Notes: generated by a model not told the origin, from the letters alone. 63,605 nucleotides of DNA, filler included, from Octopus bimaculoides (GCF_001194135.2; 5 parts of 5 records of this genome joined end to end with filler, not necessarily neighbours in it), one strand, 5' to 3'. Positions 1 to 10,480 are shown, counted from the whole stretch's first letter. Program-made: numbers and translations.

Positions 1-19
1 CAGAATTTTTTTTTTAAAT

Positions 20-399
20 GGCACTCCGTCGCTTACGACGTCGAGGGTTCCAGTTGATCCGATCAATGGAACAGCCTGCTCGTAAAATTAACGTGCAAGT
101 GGCTGAGCACTCCACAGATACGTGTACCCTTAACGTAGTTCTCGGGGATATTCAGCGTGACACAGAGTGTGACTAAACTGGCCCTTTGAATTACAGGCAC
201 AACAGAAACAGGAAGTAAGAGTGTGAGAAAGTTGTGGTGAAAGAGTACAGCAGGGTTCGCCACCATCCCCTGCCGGAGCTTCGTGGAGCTTTAGGTGTTT
301 TCGCTCAATAAACACTCACAACGCCCGGCCTGGGAATCGAAACTGCGATCCTATGACCGCGAGTCCGCTACCCGAACCACTGGGCCATTGCATTGCCAC
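20..399 (-). mobile_element. tRNA-headed SINE, family A (RTE-type 3' tail), full length
   Basis: Minus strand starts GTGGCAATGCAATGGCCCAGTGG (A box) ... GTTTCGATTCC (B box) and ends GGAACCCTCGACGTCGTAAGCGACGGAGTGCC. Near-identical copies at 16576-16967 and 39501-39886. Confidence 0.9.
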
Positions 400-892
400 T
401 ATACAGAAGTAAATTGAATGTAACAACCTCATATGGATGGGACGCAATTTACCAACTAACTTTCGGTGTAATGGGTTGCCTCCCTTACGTGGCAGTTTTT
501 TTGTGAAATTTTAGCTATTTAGGAAATTTCATGAACAAACAAAAGAAAAGTCTGAAGCTCAGAAAAGTCACTTGTGCAACTAGTTGAATTAAAGTGATGA
601 ACCAGATCATAGAATAATAAGAAACAGAGCGAATTAACAAGGAAGATGGAATTTGGTGGAGTGAAAATTTTTAGAATTAAAATAAACTACAGCTATATTA
701 TCAGGTAAAAAGTAAAGATCGTGCAACTGTTTGTTTTATGCTTATCTGATAAACATTGACTGGATATATCTATATGAACTGTGCTTCCATCTGAGACAGA
801 CATAATTTTATAACGTTTGTAAATTGTACAGTGTTAAATTCATGGCATGAAACGTAAGTATTAATGTTTTATCTTATACAAGGACTATATTT

Positions 893-1140
893 ACTGTAGC
901 TCCAAGCTGACCAAAACCTTGTAAGTGGATTTGCTAGATGGAAACTGAAAGAAGCTCATCTTTATGTGTTATGGTATATTCTGTTCAGAACGTAGTAGTG
1001 TTGCGTGCACCATCCGAGCATGATCACTGCCAGAGCAGCCGACTGGCTTCCGTGCCGGTGGCACGTAAAAAGCACCATTCGAACGTGATCATTGCCAGTG
1101 TCGCCTTACTGGCACATGTGCCGGTAGCACGAGAAAATTA
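893..1140 (+). mobile_element. Degenerate SINE fragment with duplicated GCCGGTGGCACG module
   Basis: Starts with the GACCAAAnCCTTGTnAGTGGATTTG...GGAAACTGAAAGAAGC block shared with family C SINEs, then two similar modules (GTGCCGGTGGCACG and GTGCCGGTAGCACG). Confidence 0.55.
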
Positions 1141-2006
1141 GTGTTACTTTCATTATTTTGTGTAAATATTAAAAAGTTTAATAGAACCGAAATTATAATT
1201 ATTGTATATATGCCATATTTACTGATATTAACCATGGTGTCAAATGTATATTTCCAAAGTTATCCGTCATATTACAGACAATACTAATTAAAAAATATGT
1301 AGACACACGCACATATATACATACACGTATTTGCGTGCATGTGTGTGCATATATGTAATGTATCTATATATGTATATCTGTGAGGATGGGCAGGATCAGA
1401 GCGTCGCATAAAAATTACCTTGCTGTATATAATTCCATTTTAATTACGTCCCTTTGCACCAAGCCGGTTTTTGCCTTTTATACCTTATGAGACCGATAAT
1501 AACAAGTATCAAATTACTGGGGCTGATATAATCGACTAGAATCCTCGAAGACAGTGCCACAGCATTATAGAATAGTTGTATTTCAATGAGGGAAAGTAAT
1601 CAAATAACAAAAGAATAACAGGTACGTAAGTGGTAACTCTGCGATTAATTTGTTATTTCAGGCTTGGAAATGAACATTGGACCAAATTACTTGCATGACA
1701 ATGGTCGACTTCAGAAATCGCATGTTTTGAATTAACTTCTGGGAAATTAACGAATAACTTTTCGGTTCGCTGTGCCAAATACAGTTGGCATTTTGGGAAG
1801 TTACTTCTAATAAAATAGCGCCTTACCATGGAAGAAATGCTTGCTCTTGTATTTTCTCTCACGTACTATTGTTTCGTTTATTCTACTGTTTTCATCACTA
1901 CTGGCATAACTGCCATAACAACAGCCCCTACCGCAACAGACTGTTAAAGATTTGTTGATGGACTTAGAATATCTTGAAGTAAAATGGTGTATCAGACAGT
2001 GATACT

Positions 2007-2254
2007 GTAATGAGAAATCTTTACATTGAGAAGTGTTTTGCTTTCAACTGAAGACAATTATTACACAGAAATATCCATGTGAAGTTTGTAGGAAACTTAC
2101 TATTTGGAATATGAAATTGTCAGGCTATTTAGAATATGAAATCGTCATATTTGGATTGGAATGTGAAATTGTCATACACCATAAGAAGACCTACCACTGT
2201 GAAATATGTAGAAAATATTTGTCTGAGTTTTTAGCAAGTCACGTTGTCTCATAA
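2007..2254 (+). pseudogene. Decayed C2H2 zinc-finger array remnant
   Basis: One frame gives EKSLH*EVF, QKYPCEVCRK and IHHKKTYHCEICRKYLSE, resembling the HTGEKPYxCxxCGK linker. Spacing is non-canonical, with one stop and an internal 3x GAATATGAAATTGTCA duplication. Confidence 0.4.
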
Positions 2255-2830
2255 GTATTACAAACTCTTCAACCTCCATAATGTCAGCGTGAGCTACTAC
2301 TGCTTAGACAACATCGCATTTAACATTGCACACATCAACAGACGTAAAAATGTACCCCACTCCACCCCAACCTGCAACTTCCGAAATCCCACCATGTGCC
2401 CTTTAAATGGATCTTGTCTCTCAGAGGCCGTAGTATACAGGCCACCCTTACACTATCCGATGGCATTATTAGGCACTATACGGGCATGACAGCTAATGAC
2501 TTCGGGGGAAGATACTCCCAGCACATGCACTCGTTCAGATCCAGGGACAGAGAGAACTCTACTTCCCTGTTTCGTTTTCTCTGGAGACTATGATCTCCGA
2601 GACGAAATACCCAGCATCAAGTGGACTATTGTCGATAGAGCCCCATCATATTCACCCAGATCCCCCAAATGCAAATTCTGCCTCCGTGAAAAACTATATA
2701 TCCTCCAACAACCCACAATATCCATGAACAAGAAATACGATATATCGTATTGCTGTCAGTAGAGATATGCCCTTCTGGCAAATTTCAGGCATCTGACTGC
2801 CGACAACCCGGATATATCACCTTAGCACCC
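2244..2830 (+). mobile_element. Penelope-like element C-terminal GIY-YIG endonuclease remnant (frameshifted)
   Basis: Three frames stitch to TCNFRNPTMCPLNGSCLSEAVVY-ATLTLSDGIIRHYTGMTANDFGGRYSQHMHSFRSRDRENSTSLFRFLWRL-RDEIPSIKWTIVDRAPSYSPRSPKCKFCLREKLYIL. This has the VVY...YTG nuclease signature, a Cys-rich linker and a CxxC...EK tail. Confidence 0.8.
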
Positions 2831-2898
2831 GCTGCTACTCTGCATCGCCTGCACCAAGGTCATCATTACCAACCAACCCCATGAGCAGGACCGCTATT

Positions 2899-3752
2899 GG
2901 ATCTATTTTAAAACGGGGGCCACAGTATTTTCTTAACGAAACACTTTGAAACTTGGAACACTGGTAGAATGTGTCATATAAAACATCTTTTTCTCTTAGT
3001 CTTCTTAAAAAAAAAGAAATCCCTAAGTTATTCCATGTTAAAGTTGTCGTATTTCTGTAATTTCAACCAATCACTGACNNNNNNNNNNNNNNNNNNNNNN
3101 NNNNNNNNNNNNNNNNNNNNNNNNNNNNNNNNNNNNNNNNNNNNNNNNNNNNNNNNNNNNNNNNNNNNNNNNNNNNNNNNNNNNNNNNNNNNNNNNNNNN
3201 NNNNNNNNNNNNNNNNNNNNNNNNNNNNNNNNNNNNNNNNNNNNNNNNNNNNNNNNNNNNNNNNNNNNNNNNNNNNNNNNNNNNNNNNNNNNNNNNNNNN
3301 NNNNNNNNNNNNNNNNNNNNNNNNNNNNNNNNNNNNNNNNNNNNNNNNNNNNNNNNNNNNNNNNNNNNNNNNNNNNNNNNNNNNNNNNNNNNNNNNNNNN
3401 NNNNNNNNNNNNNNNNNNNNNNNNNNNNNNNNNNNNNNNNNNNNNNNNNNNNNNNNNNNNNNNNNNNNNNNNNNNNNNNNNNNNNNNNNNNNNNNNNGCT
3501 ATGGAGATTAAATACGCTTTATACCGCTTAATCAGCCAAAGGAGTAAATGTAAACAACTGAATACTTGTCAGTGATTGGTTGAAATTATCGAAATAAGAC
3601 AATTTTTTACATGAAATAAATTCGAATACAAAAATATTTTTCTGTTCTATAACACAAAATAGATAAGTATACGAAGTTTGAAAGTCTTTCGGTACCAAAA
3701 ACACTACGTAAAACATTAATGAAAACTGTGGCCCCCGTTTTAAAATAGATCC
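2899..3752. mobile_element. MITE with perfect 28-bp TIRs and 8-bp TSD
   Basis: GGATCTATTTTAAAACGGGGGCCACAGT (2899-2926) and its exact reverse complement (3725-3752). Flanks are CCGCTATT and CTGCTATT. Inner inverted block TTTCAACCAATCACTGAC / GTCAGTGATTGGTTGAAA. The centre is a gap. Confidence 0.9.
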
Positions 3753-3814
3753 CTGCTATTTACCAATTCTCAACGTTTACCAACCTCCAATGCATACCAA
3801 GCCCCAACACATGT

Positions 3815-4130
3815 TTTACGCGTGTATACCTGCGCACGCGCGCATGCGAATGCACATGTGCACGCACATGCGTGTATGCGTACACACTGGTATGCATGCG
3901 TAGATGCATGCGAATATAAGTATGTGCACATGAATGAATACGCATGTGTGTGTTTATGCGTGTATGTGTTTGCATGTGCGCGTATGCGTGTGTATGTGTG
4001 TGCGTGTACGCGCGTGCATGTTCGTCCAAGCAGACGAGCGCGTTCGTGTGCACCTCCATGTATAGAGGAGCACACTCGCATCGATATACATATCACGCAA
4101 AAGTATATGAGTGTGTCTACACGCTCACAT
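3815..4130. repeat. Degenerate (CA/TG/CGCA) low-complexity tract
   Basis: Alternating purine-pyrimidine run. Confidence 0.85.
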
Positions 4131-4346
4131 ATAGAACTATAGACTTTCATATACCACCCCCTTCTTACTTCCCCTCCAACAACCTGACCGACTTCTAAAC
4201 GCTACGTGGTCTATTTCCTGTCTTCCACGTGGTCGATTTCCTTTTTTCCCATGCTTTTAGCCCCAGGAGGAGATGTCCTCCTGGGGCTAAAAGCAACAGT
4301 AACATCCACCCCTAGGGGTCAGCCACACTTAAGTGGCAATATACTA

Positions 4347-4349
<3 letters not shown>

Positions 4350-4386
<37 letters not shown>

Positions 4387-4520
4387 TGTGTATATATATA
4401 ATATACATCATATATATTATATATGTGTATGTACATACGAGTTATTGTATAGTAGACATACATACATACATGCATACATACATACATACATACATACATA
4501 CATACATACATACATACATA
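4350..4520. repeat. (TA)n plus (TACA)n microsatellite
   Basis: Direct reading. Confidence 0.95.
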
Positions 4521-4654
4521 CCTATTGGCGTTGTTTTTAATATTACTTATATCTTGATAATGTCAGTCAAGTCGATATGATTACGTTGACATTTACAATG
4601 AGGGTAAGTTGACACTTTGCTTATCATCGTTAACTTGCTTTTATGACGGTCATT

Positions 4655-4830
4655 GCTGTTCTGGTTTAGCCCCAGGTCAACCCTGATAAAGCAAATCTGT
4701 AATCAAAAGCTTTCCAGCCGTTACGATCACCCTATAAATAAGCCCTTGTTTTTGCTAAACGGTGTGGAGTGATTTGAATGTGATGTGGCTGCTATTTTTA
4801 GTAGGTCAAACAATCACTTATTTGGCTTGT
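4655..4830 (-). mobile_element. Dispersed repeat family E (probable SINE 3' part)
   Basis: GTTTAGCCCCAGGTCAACCCTGAT...GTGTGATTTGA...GGCTGCTATTT..TAGnAGG recurs at 7313-7500, 8582-8750 and 25340-25450. Confidence 0.6.
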
Positions 4831-5009
4831 TTGATTACGCTGGGCAACAACAAACAAAAGAAAAATTTTTTCATGTTATTTTAACTTTTTCATCTGATTT
4901 AGGGTAATTTTAGGATGCTGAATCCGAATCTGACATCAGTTTTCAAACAGCACGGATAGTTTTTTTTTAGTTATTCACAGCATCAGCTTTTCCAACCAAA
5001 AGAATAATA

Positions 5010-5447
5010 TTCTTTTCTTTTCTACTCTTGGCACAAGGCCCGAAATTTTTGGGGAGGGGGCCAGTCGATTAGATAGATCCCAGTATGCAACTGGTACTTA
5101 ATTTATCGAGCCCGAAAGGATGAAAGGCAAAGTCGACCTCGGCGGATTTTGAACTCAGAACGTAAAGACAGAAGAAATACCGCTAAGCATTTTGTCCGGC
5201 ACGCTAACGTTTCTTATTTCTTTATTGCCCACAAGGGGCTAAACATAGAGGGGACAAACAAGGACAGACAAAGGGATTAAGTCGATTACATCGACCCCAG
5301 TGCGTAACTGGTACTTAATTTATCGACCCAGAAAGGAGGAAAGGCAAAGTCGACCTCGGCGGAATTTGAACTCAGAACGTAGCGGCAGACGAAATACCGC
5401 TAAGCATTTCGCCCGGCGTGCTAACGATTCTGCCAGCTCGCCGCCTT
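5010..5447 (-). mobile_element. Dimeric tRNA-headed SINE, family B
   Basis: Head AAGGCGGCGAGCTGGCAGAATCGTTAGC, B box GAGTTCAAATTCC, and the central block GTCGACTTTGCCTTTCATCCTTTCGGGGTCGATAAATTAAGTACCAG present twice. Degenerate TSD AACCAAAAGAATAATATT / AACCAATTGATAATATT. Confidence 0.9.
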
Positions 5448-5519
5448 AACCAATTGATAATATTGACAAAGATGTATGCTATTTGCTTTCGCTTTTCATT
5501 CATATACTCATCACTGAAA

Positions 5520-6545
5520 CAAAAATAAGTGCTGATAGAGGGAAATGTAGGCTACCTGTTAAATTGCCACACACAAGATGAATGGCTGAATAGTAAACAG
5601 AAAAGTATGCCATTTGCAGTACCAATGATATGGCGCAAACCAACAAACCACTATACCGATTGTTATTTCTGCTTAACTAACATCACAGATTTCTCTTAGA
5701 AGAAAAAAAATCCAAGTTTGTTTATCCAGATTGCCTTTCAGCTTCAATTGAAGGTATGCCGAGTGATACAGCAGATCACTGTGATGAACCAAGATCTTCA
5801 AAAAAGTTCGTCATTTTTAAAGTCAACTTGAGTTAAATTATTTACTTCCCTCCCTTACACATTAAACTTTGCTTGTTTAAGAATTTTGTTAAGACCATAA
5901 ATGAAGACGGTGAAGGATTCAAATATCTCAGTGAAAAATTTGTTCCTAGCAGGAGTGAAGCTAAAATCAAAGCTAGTNNNNNNNNNNNNNNNNNNNNNNN
6001 NNNNNNNNNNNNNNNNNNNNNNNNNNNNNNNNNNNNNNNNNNNNNNNNNNNNNNNNNNNNNNNNNNNNNNNNNNNNNNNNNNNNNNNNNNNNNNNNNNNN
6101 NNNNNNNNNNNNNNNNNNNNNNNNNNNNNNNNNNNNNNNNNNNNNNNNNNNNNNNNNNNNNNNNNNNNNNNNNNNNNNNNNNNNNNNNNNNNNNNNNNNN
6201 NNNNNNNNNNNNNNNNNNNNNNNNNNNNNNNNNNNNNNNNNNNNNNNNNNNNNNNNNNNNNNNNNNNNNNNNNNNNNNNNNNNNNNNNNNNNNNNNNNNN
6301 NNNNNNNNNNNNNNNNNNNNNNNNNNNNNNNNNNNNNNNNNNNNNNNNNNNNCTCTACTCTCAACTTGACTTTTTTCCATCCAATATGGGTAATGTAAGC
6401 GATGAGCATGGTGAACGATTTCATCAATAAATCAAAGAGCTAGAATGCCGCTACAGTGACAGATTTACACCAAACATGCTGACGGACAACTGCTGGCTTT
6501 TAAAACGAGAAACGGATATGCAGCATAAGCGTAAAAGAAAACGCC
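5520..6545 (+). pseudogene. Chapaev3-like transposase pseudogene
   Basis: [36 protein letters not shown] near 5580 and YSQLDFFPSNMGNVSDEHGERFHQ*IKELECRYSDRFTPNMLTDNCW at 6353-6500, with stops, frameshifts and a gap. Confidence 0.8.
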
Positions 6546-6576
6546 AAAGCTATTTTTGAAAAACATTAAATTAATA

Positions 6577-6792
6577 CTGCCGTTGATTAGCTCCAAGAGG
6601 CCATCACTTCTAGCTAGCTATGTGACACACGAACCTGTGTCCATTATAACCTTCGAACAGGGGAGGTCAGCCGCTTCCCCTTGCTGGTCTGGCATCTACA
6701 GACTAGTTTCAGGGTATTTGCCCCTTATCAGTGTAGAGCAGCCGAGCCTTATTTTTCTGGACTGCCATGTTAGCTTGGCGATAACTATTAAT
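6577..6792 (-). mobile_element. 216-bp non-coding hammerhead-bearing insertion with 12-bp TSD
   Basis: GC-richer insert flanked by ATTAAATTAATA at 6565-6576 and 6793-6804. Contains the hammerhead motif at 6696-6736. Confidence 0.7.
6696..6736 (-). ncRNA. Minimal type-I hammerhead ribozyme motif (G8A variant)
   Basis: Minus strand reads CUACA-CUGAUAA-GGGG-caaaua-CCCU-GAAAC-UA-GUC-UGUAG: 5-bp stem I, 4-bp stem II, palindromic ACUAGU stem III, GUC site. Confidence 0.7.
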
Positions 6793-7127
6793 ATTAAATT
6801 AATAATATTCACCTTACACTTTTTGTTTTGTGTTTTATTGATTTTAGAGCTACTTGTCCACCTAGTTGCTATTGTTATTACATCAAATAATGATAATTTA
6901 TGCTTAATATAACATTCATTTTATTTGTCATGAATTTTCACATTATCGTAATTTTGATAATAGTATAATAATGACAGCGCAAAAACGTGACGTGCTAGAA
7001 CAAAAATGATTGCAGATTCTGAATCAGCGCTCCCAAATTATCTCTGAGCACCGTTTCGTCTAATAGTAGCAAACATTTTGTTGCCTAGAATTATCGTTCT
7101 TATTGGCGTTGTTGCTGGTGTTTAGAC

Positions 7128-7312
7128 AAGTGCTCTGTAACTGGCATACCACAGCACAGAGGTGTACCACAAGACGATGCATGGTGTGCCACAATGTAAC
7201 CTGAATATAATTTCCCCCTATAGTTTTAGTTATATTTTTAGTTTAGGTGTGCCACCAAATTTTGAAAAGAATATGAGTATACCACAAGTGGAAAAAAGGT
7301 TGCGGAGCACAG
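7128..7312. mobile_element. hAT-type MITE
   Basis: Imperfect TIRs AAGTGCTCTGTAAC and GTTGCGGAGCACAG, with 8-bp TSD GTTTAGAC / GCTTAGAC. Inserted into a family E repeat. Confidence 0.7.
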
Positions 7313-7500
7313 GCTTAGACCCCGATCAATCTTGATCGAGCAGGACCACACTCAAAAGTTTTTCAGTTACAGTTATCCCATCTATTTTTCTAGTTTACAT
7401 TATCCAATGTGTCTTTTCTCTTTTTAATTTGGAGAACGTGATTTGAGGCTTATTTAGTTACTGCTACTAGCAGACTAAGCAACCATATGAAGAGAGTCTC
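7313..7500 (-). mobile_element. Dispersed repeat family E copy
   Basis: Similar to 4655-4830. Confidence 0.5.
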
Positions 7501-8279
7501 TTCTTGGTGTTGCTGCTAATGTTCTAAATATCATTTTTTTTATTCCAATACAATTCTTAGTTTTAATATCATCGCCTCTGCTATCGCCATCAGCAACTTC
7601 ACTAACAGTACAAGCAAAACTAGACGCGACACATCATGAACCAATGAAAGGAAGCCTCTTACACTATGAAGCGATTTATGAAAAAAAGACCAGCTACATT
7701 TCCAGCAAACTGCATTCTGTTGTCTTTATAAATGATACTTTGGATATTGCTGTCATGTGTAAATATTACGAAAAATAAGACGTATACTCTGGGCCTCCTT
7801 AGCAACATTATAGACTCCTTGGCAAAACAACATTTGGAGCTTTATAGAATTTATTGACAGTAACCCACGGCATACCTAGATTAAAATTGGGCTCTTGATG
7901 CTCCCGGGAACTATCCAGTATATGCTGATCTTTAAGACTGCGCTGCATGTACTTGGTTTAGAATAGAGTCTAGACAGCTGAAAAATAAGCAGGATATATG
8001 AGTAAGAGAGCAGCGGTTGTAGTTTCTGTGTCAGTAGAAGCCAACGAAGAAATATATTACATATTCGCTCGACATGCAAGAAATAATATCTAAATTTCCC
8101 TCATACAACGCACCTAATATGGTAGGTAGTAGTCCTGAGCTGTGAACATCTGAGAACGATGGCTCAAAACTCGGTAGGACCCTTACTACAAGATGTTCGT
8201 TTTAGCCTGGATATGTTCCAAACTTAGACTCAGGTCAATAAATCGTTGAATCCAAATACTTATAGGATTAAGTTTAAGA

Positions 8280-8580
8280 ATAGTTGTGAGTTCTGTTCCC
8301 GGACCGGGCTGTGTGTTGTGTTCTTGAGCAAAACACTTTATTTCACGTTTCTCCAGTCCACTCACCTGTAGAAATGAGTTTCGGCGTCACTTGTGCCAAG
8401 CTATATCGGCCTTTGCCTTTCCCTTGGATAACATCAATAGCGTAGAGAGGGGAGCCTGGCCTGCATGGACGACTGCTGGTCTTCCATAAACAACTTTGTC
8501 CGGACTTGTATCACGGAGGGGAGCTTCCTAGGTGCAATCTCATAGTCATTTATGACCGAAGGGGGTCTTTACCTTTTACT
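8280..8580 (+). mobile_element. Degenerate tRNA-headed SINE (family D1)
   Basis: B-box-like GTGAGTTCTGTTCCC, TTCTTGAGCAAAACACTTTATTTCAC...CCAGTCCACTCACCTGTAGAAATGAGT central block, and a TACCTTTTACT tail. Confidence 0.55.
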
Positions 8581-8581
8581 T

Positions 8582-8750
8582 TTGTTGTTGTTGTATAACT
8601 CCAGGTGAACCCTGATTAAGCAGACTTATAACCAAATTATCATACCAGTTGTTATCCTGATTCTCTAACGATATCTTAAACTATATTACTTAAGATGTTT
8701 TGGCTGCTGTTTTAGCGGATTAAGCGGGCGTGTTGATGGTTCTCTTGTTG
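8582..8750 (-). mobile_element. Dispersed repeat family E copy with (GTT)n end
   Basis: GTTGTTGTTGTATAACTCCAGGTGAACCCTGATTAAGCAGAC ... TTTGGCTGCTGTTTTAGC. Confidence 0.5.
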
Positions 8751-9734
8751 ACTTGAGTATTCAAAAATAGAAAAGTTTTTTGGTAGCGTAATTGAAAGCA
8801 TCAAATAGTTTACGCCAGACTTTCTTGCAAATGCATTTTAGTTAGTAATGATAAAGCAGTAGTAGTAGTAGTAATGATAATAATAATAATAATAAAAACA
8901 ACAACAACAATACCAGCAATAATAATATTAATGATAATAATATGAATAATAATAATAGATCTAATTATTTAAACCAGCTGTCAACGCATTAAATGAACAT
9001 TATGTCTGAGGGAATATAGGTGCATATTGATATCCGCTGCATCAGTATGTACATAAATGTGTGAAAAAGCGCATGTATTTATTATAATGTGTATGTTCGC
9101 ATGTATATGAATGTGAATATGTGTGTATACGTCGCGTATACAGGGTGTAGCAAAAATATCCAAATTCGCAATTTTCGATAAACATATTAAAAGCAAACAC
9201 GCAATATATTCCAATCTAAATCATAATAAAAACCAACATGAAAAACAAAACGGTAAGACATAAGCTACATGATGGCCGTATTATTGCTTGCCTAGCTTCC
9301 TCAGTGCTCTATCAATGGTTATGTAAAATATGGGAGGCTTTTCTGCCGCAAACTGGGTATGCACGAGAGTGTAAAGGTCAATATTAATTTAATACAATTA
9401 TGTCCCATTATATGTCCTACTTTATAACATCTTCCTCTCTCATTTACTCTCCAAATTACTCACTGTTATTCTTTGTCTTTCCTTTCCTCTTTGACTGTCC
9501 CACTGTTTTATCCACCGCATATATCTCTGATCGTTCTCTAACACTTCTCTCCCTCCCTCTGTCTGCTTGTCCCCTCTCTCGCTCCTCTGTTTACATTATA
9601 TAATCGATCCTTGTTAGTAGATATCGCCATCATGTCTCTCACACACATTCATGCACGTTCAGATACATTTATAAATTCATCAGATGTTTATATTCGTCAT
9701 GTATGTATTCACATATGTAAACAATTATACGTAT

Positions 9735-10077
9735 GTGTGGTAAGAAATTTGCTTCCGGGGTCAGTCCAACTGCGAGGCAGCTTGGGTAAGTGCCTTCCGC
9801 TATAGCCCCGGGGTAACCAAAGTCTTGTGAGTGGGTTTGGTAGACGGAAACTGAAAGAAGCCCGTCGTATATATGGATAAATCTATGTATGTTTGTCTTT
9901 ATATATGCGTTTGTCCCCCACCACCACTTGACAACGTGTTGGTTTGTTTACATCCTCTATACTCAGAGGTTCGGTAAAGACACCGATAGAATAAGTATCA
10001 GGCTTAAAACATGGACGTACTGGGGTCGAGTTGTTCGATCAAACCCTTTAAGGCGTTGCCTCAGCATGGCCGTAGTC
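9735..10077 (+). mobile_element. SINE family C (CORE-like, internal microsatellite), diverged copy
   Basis: GTGTGGTAAG head, CTTGGGTAAGTG core-like block, GGAAACTGAAAGAAGCCCGTCG-TATA, then the 3' half TTTGTCCCC...ACCGATAGAATAAGTA...CAGCATGGCCG. Confidence 0.8.
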
Positions 10078-10140
10078 TGTTCCGTTGATCGGATCAACTG
10101 GAACCCTCGACGTCGTAAGCGACGGAGTGCCAACAACAAA
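10078..10140 (+). mobile_element. 3' tail fragment of SINE family A
   Basis: TGTTCCGTTGATCGGATCAACTGGAACCCTCGACGTCGTAAGCGACGGAGTGCCAACAACAA. Confidence 0.85.
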
Positions 10141-10320
10141 CTAGGTCAAGCTTGAAACAAAGGATTTCTCCTCTATATCAGTTATGACCGCTGAATGGTT
10201 CGGGAAAGATCAAGAAGTCAGCTTATTCTCATTAATTCCTTAGAAAACAATAGGCCGATAACTTGTGGTAAAAAGGTGGGTTAGGTTTCGAATCATAGCT
10301 TAGAAAGGTGGTAGTTGTTC

Positions 10321-10427
10321 ACCACACACACACGCGCACACACACGCACACATACACACACACCACACACACACACAGACAGACAGACACACAAACATGC
10401 ACACACACATGCACGCACGCATGGACG

Positions 10428-10458
<31 letters not shown>

Positions 10459-10480
10459 GCACATACATGTAAACATACAC
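10321..10480. repeat. (CA)n / (CG)-interspersed microsatellite
   Basis: Direct reading. Confidence 0.9.

Larger units (their letters stand above)
4838..7090 (+). mobile_element. Chapaev3-like (CMC group) DNA transposon relic
   Basis: Ends are CGCTGGGCAACAA and TTGTTGCCTAGAA, both flanked by TTA (4835-4837, 7091-7093). Subterminal inverted blocks TAATTTTAGGATGCTGAATCCGAATCTG and CAGATTCTGAATCAGCGCTCCCAAATTA. Transposase remnants lie inside. Confidence 0.75.

Noticed and set aside
2580-2600. TGA in the GIY-YIG frame as possible selenocysteine
   Set aside because: It sits at a frameshift and not at a Cys column. No SECIS could be identified by eye.
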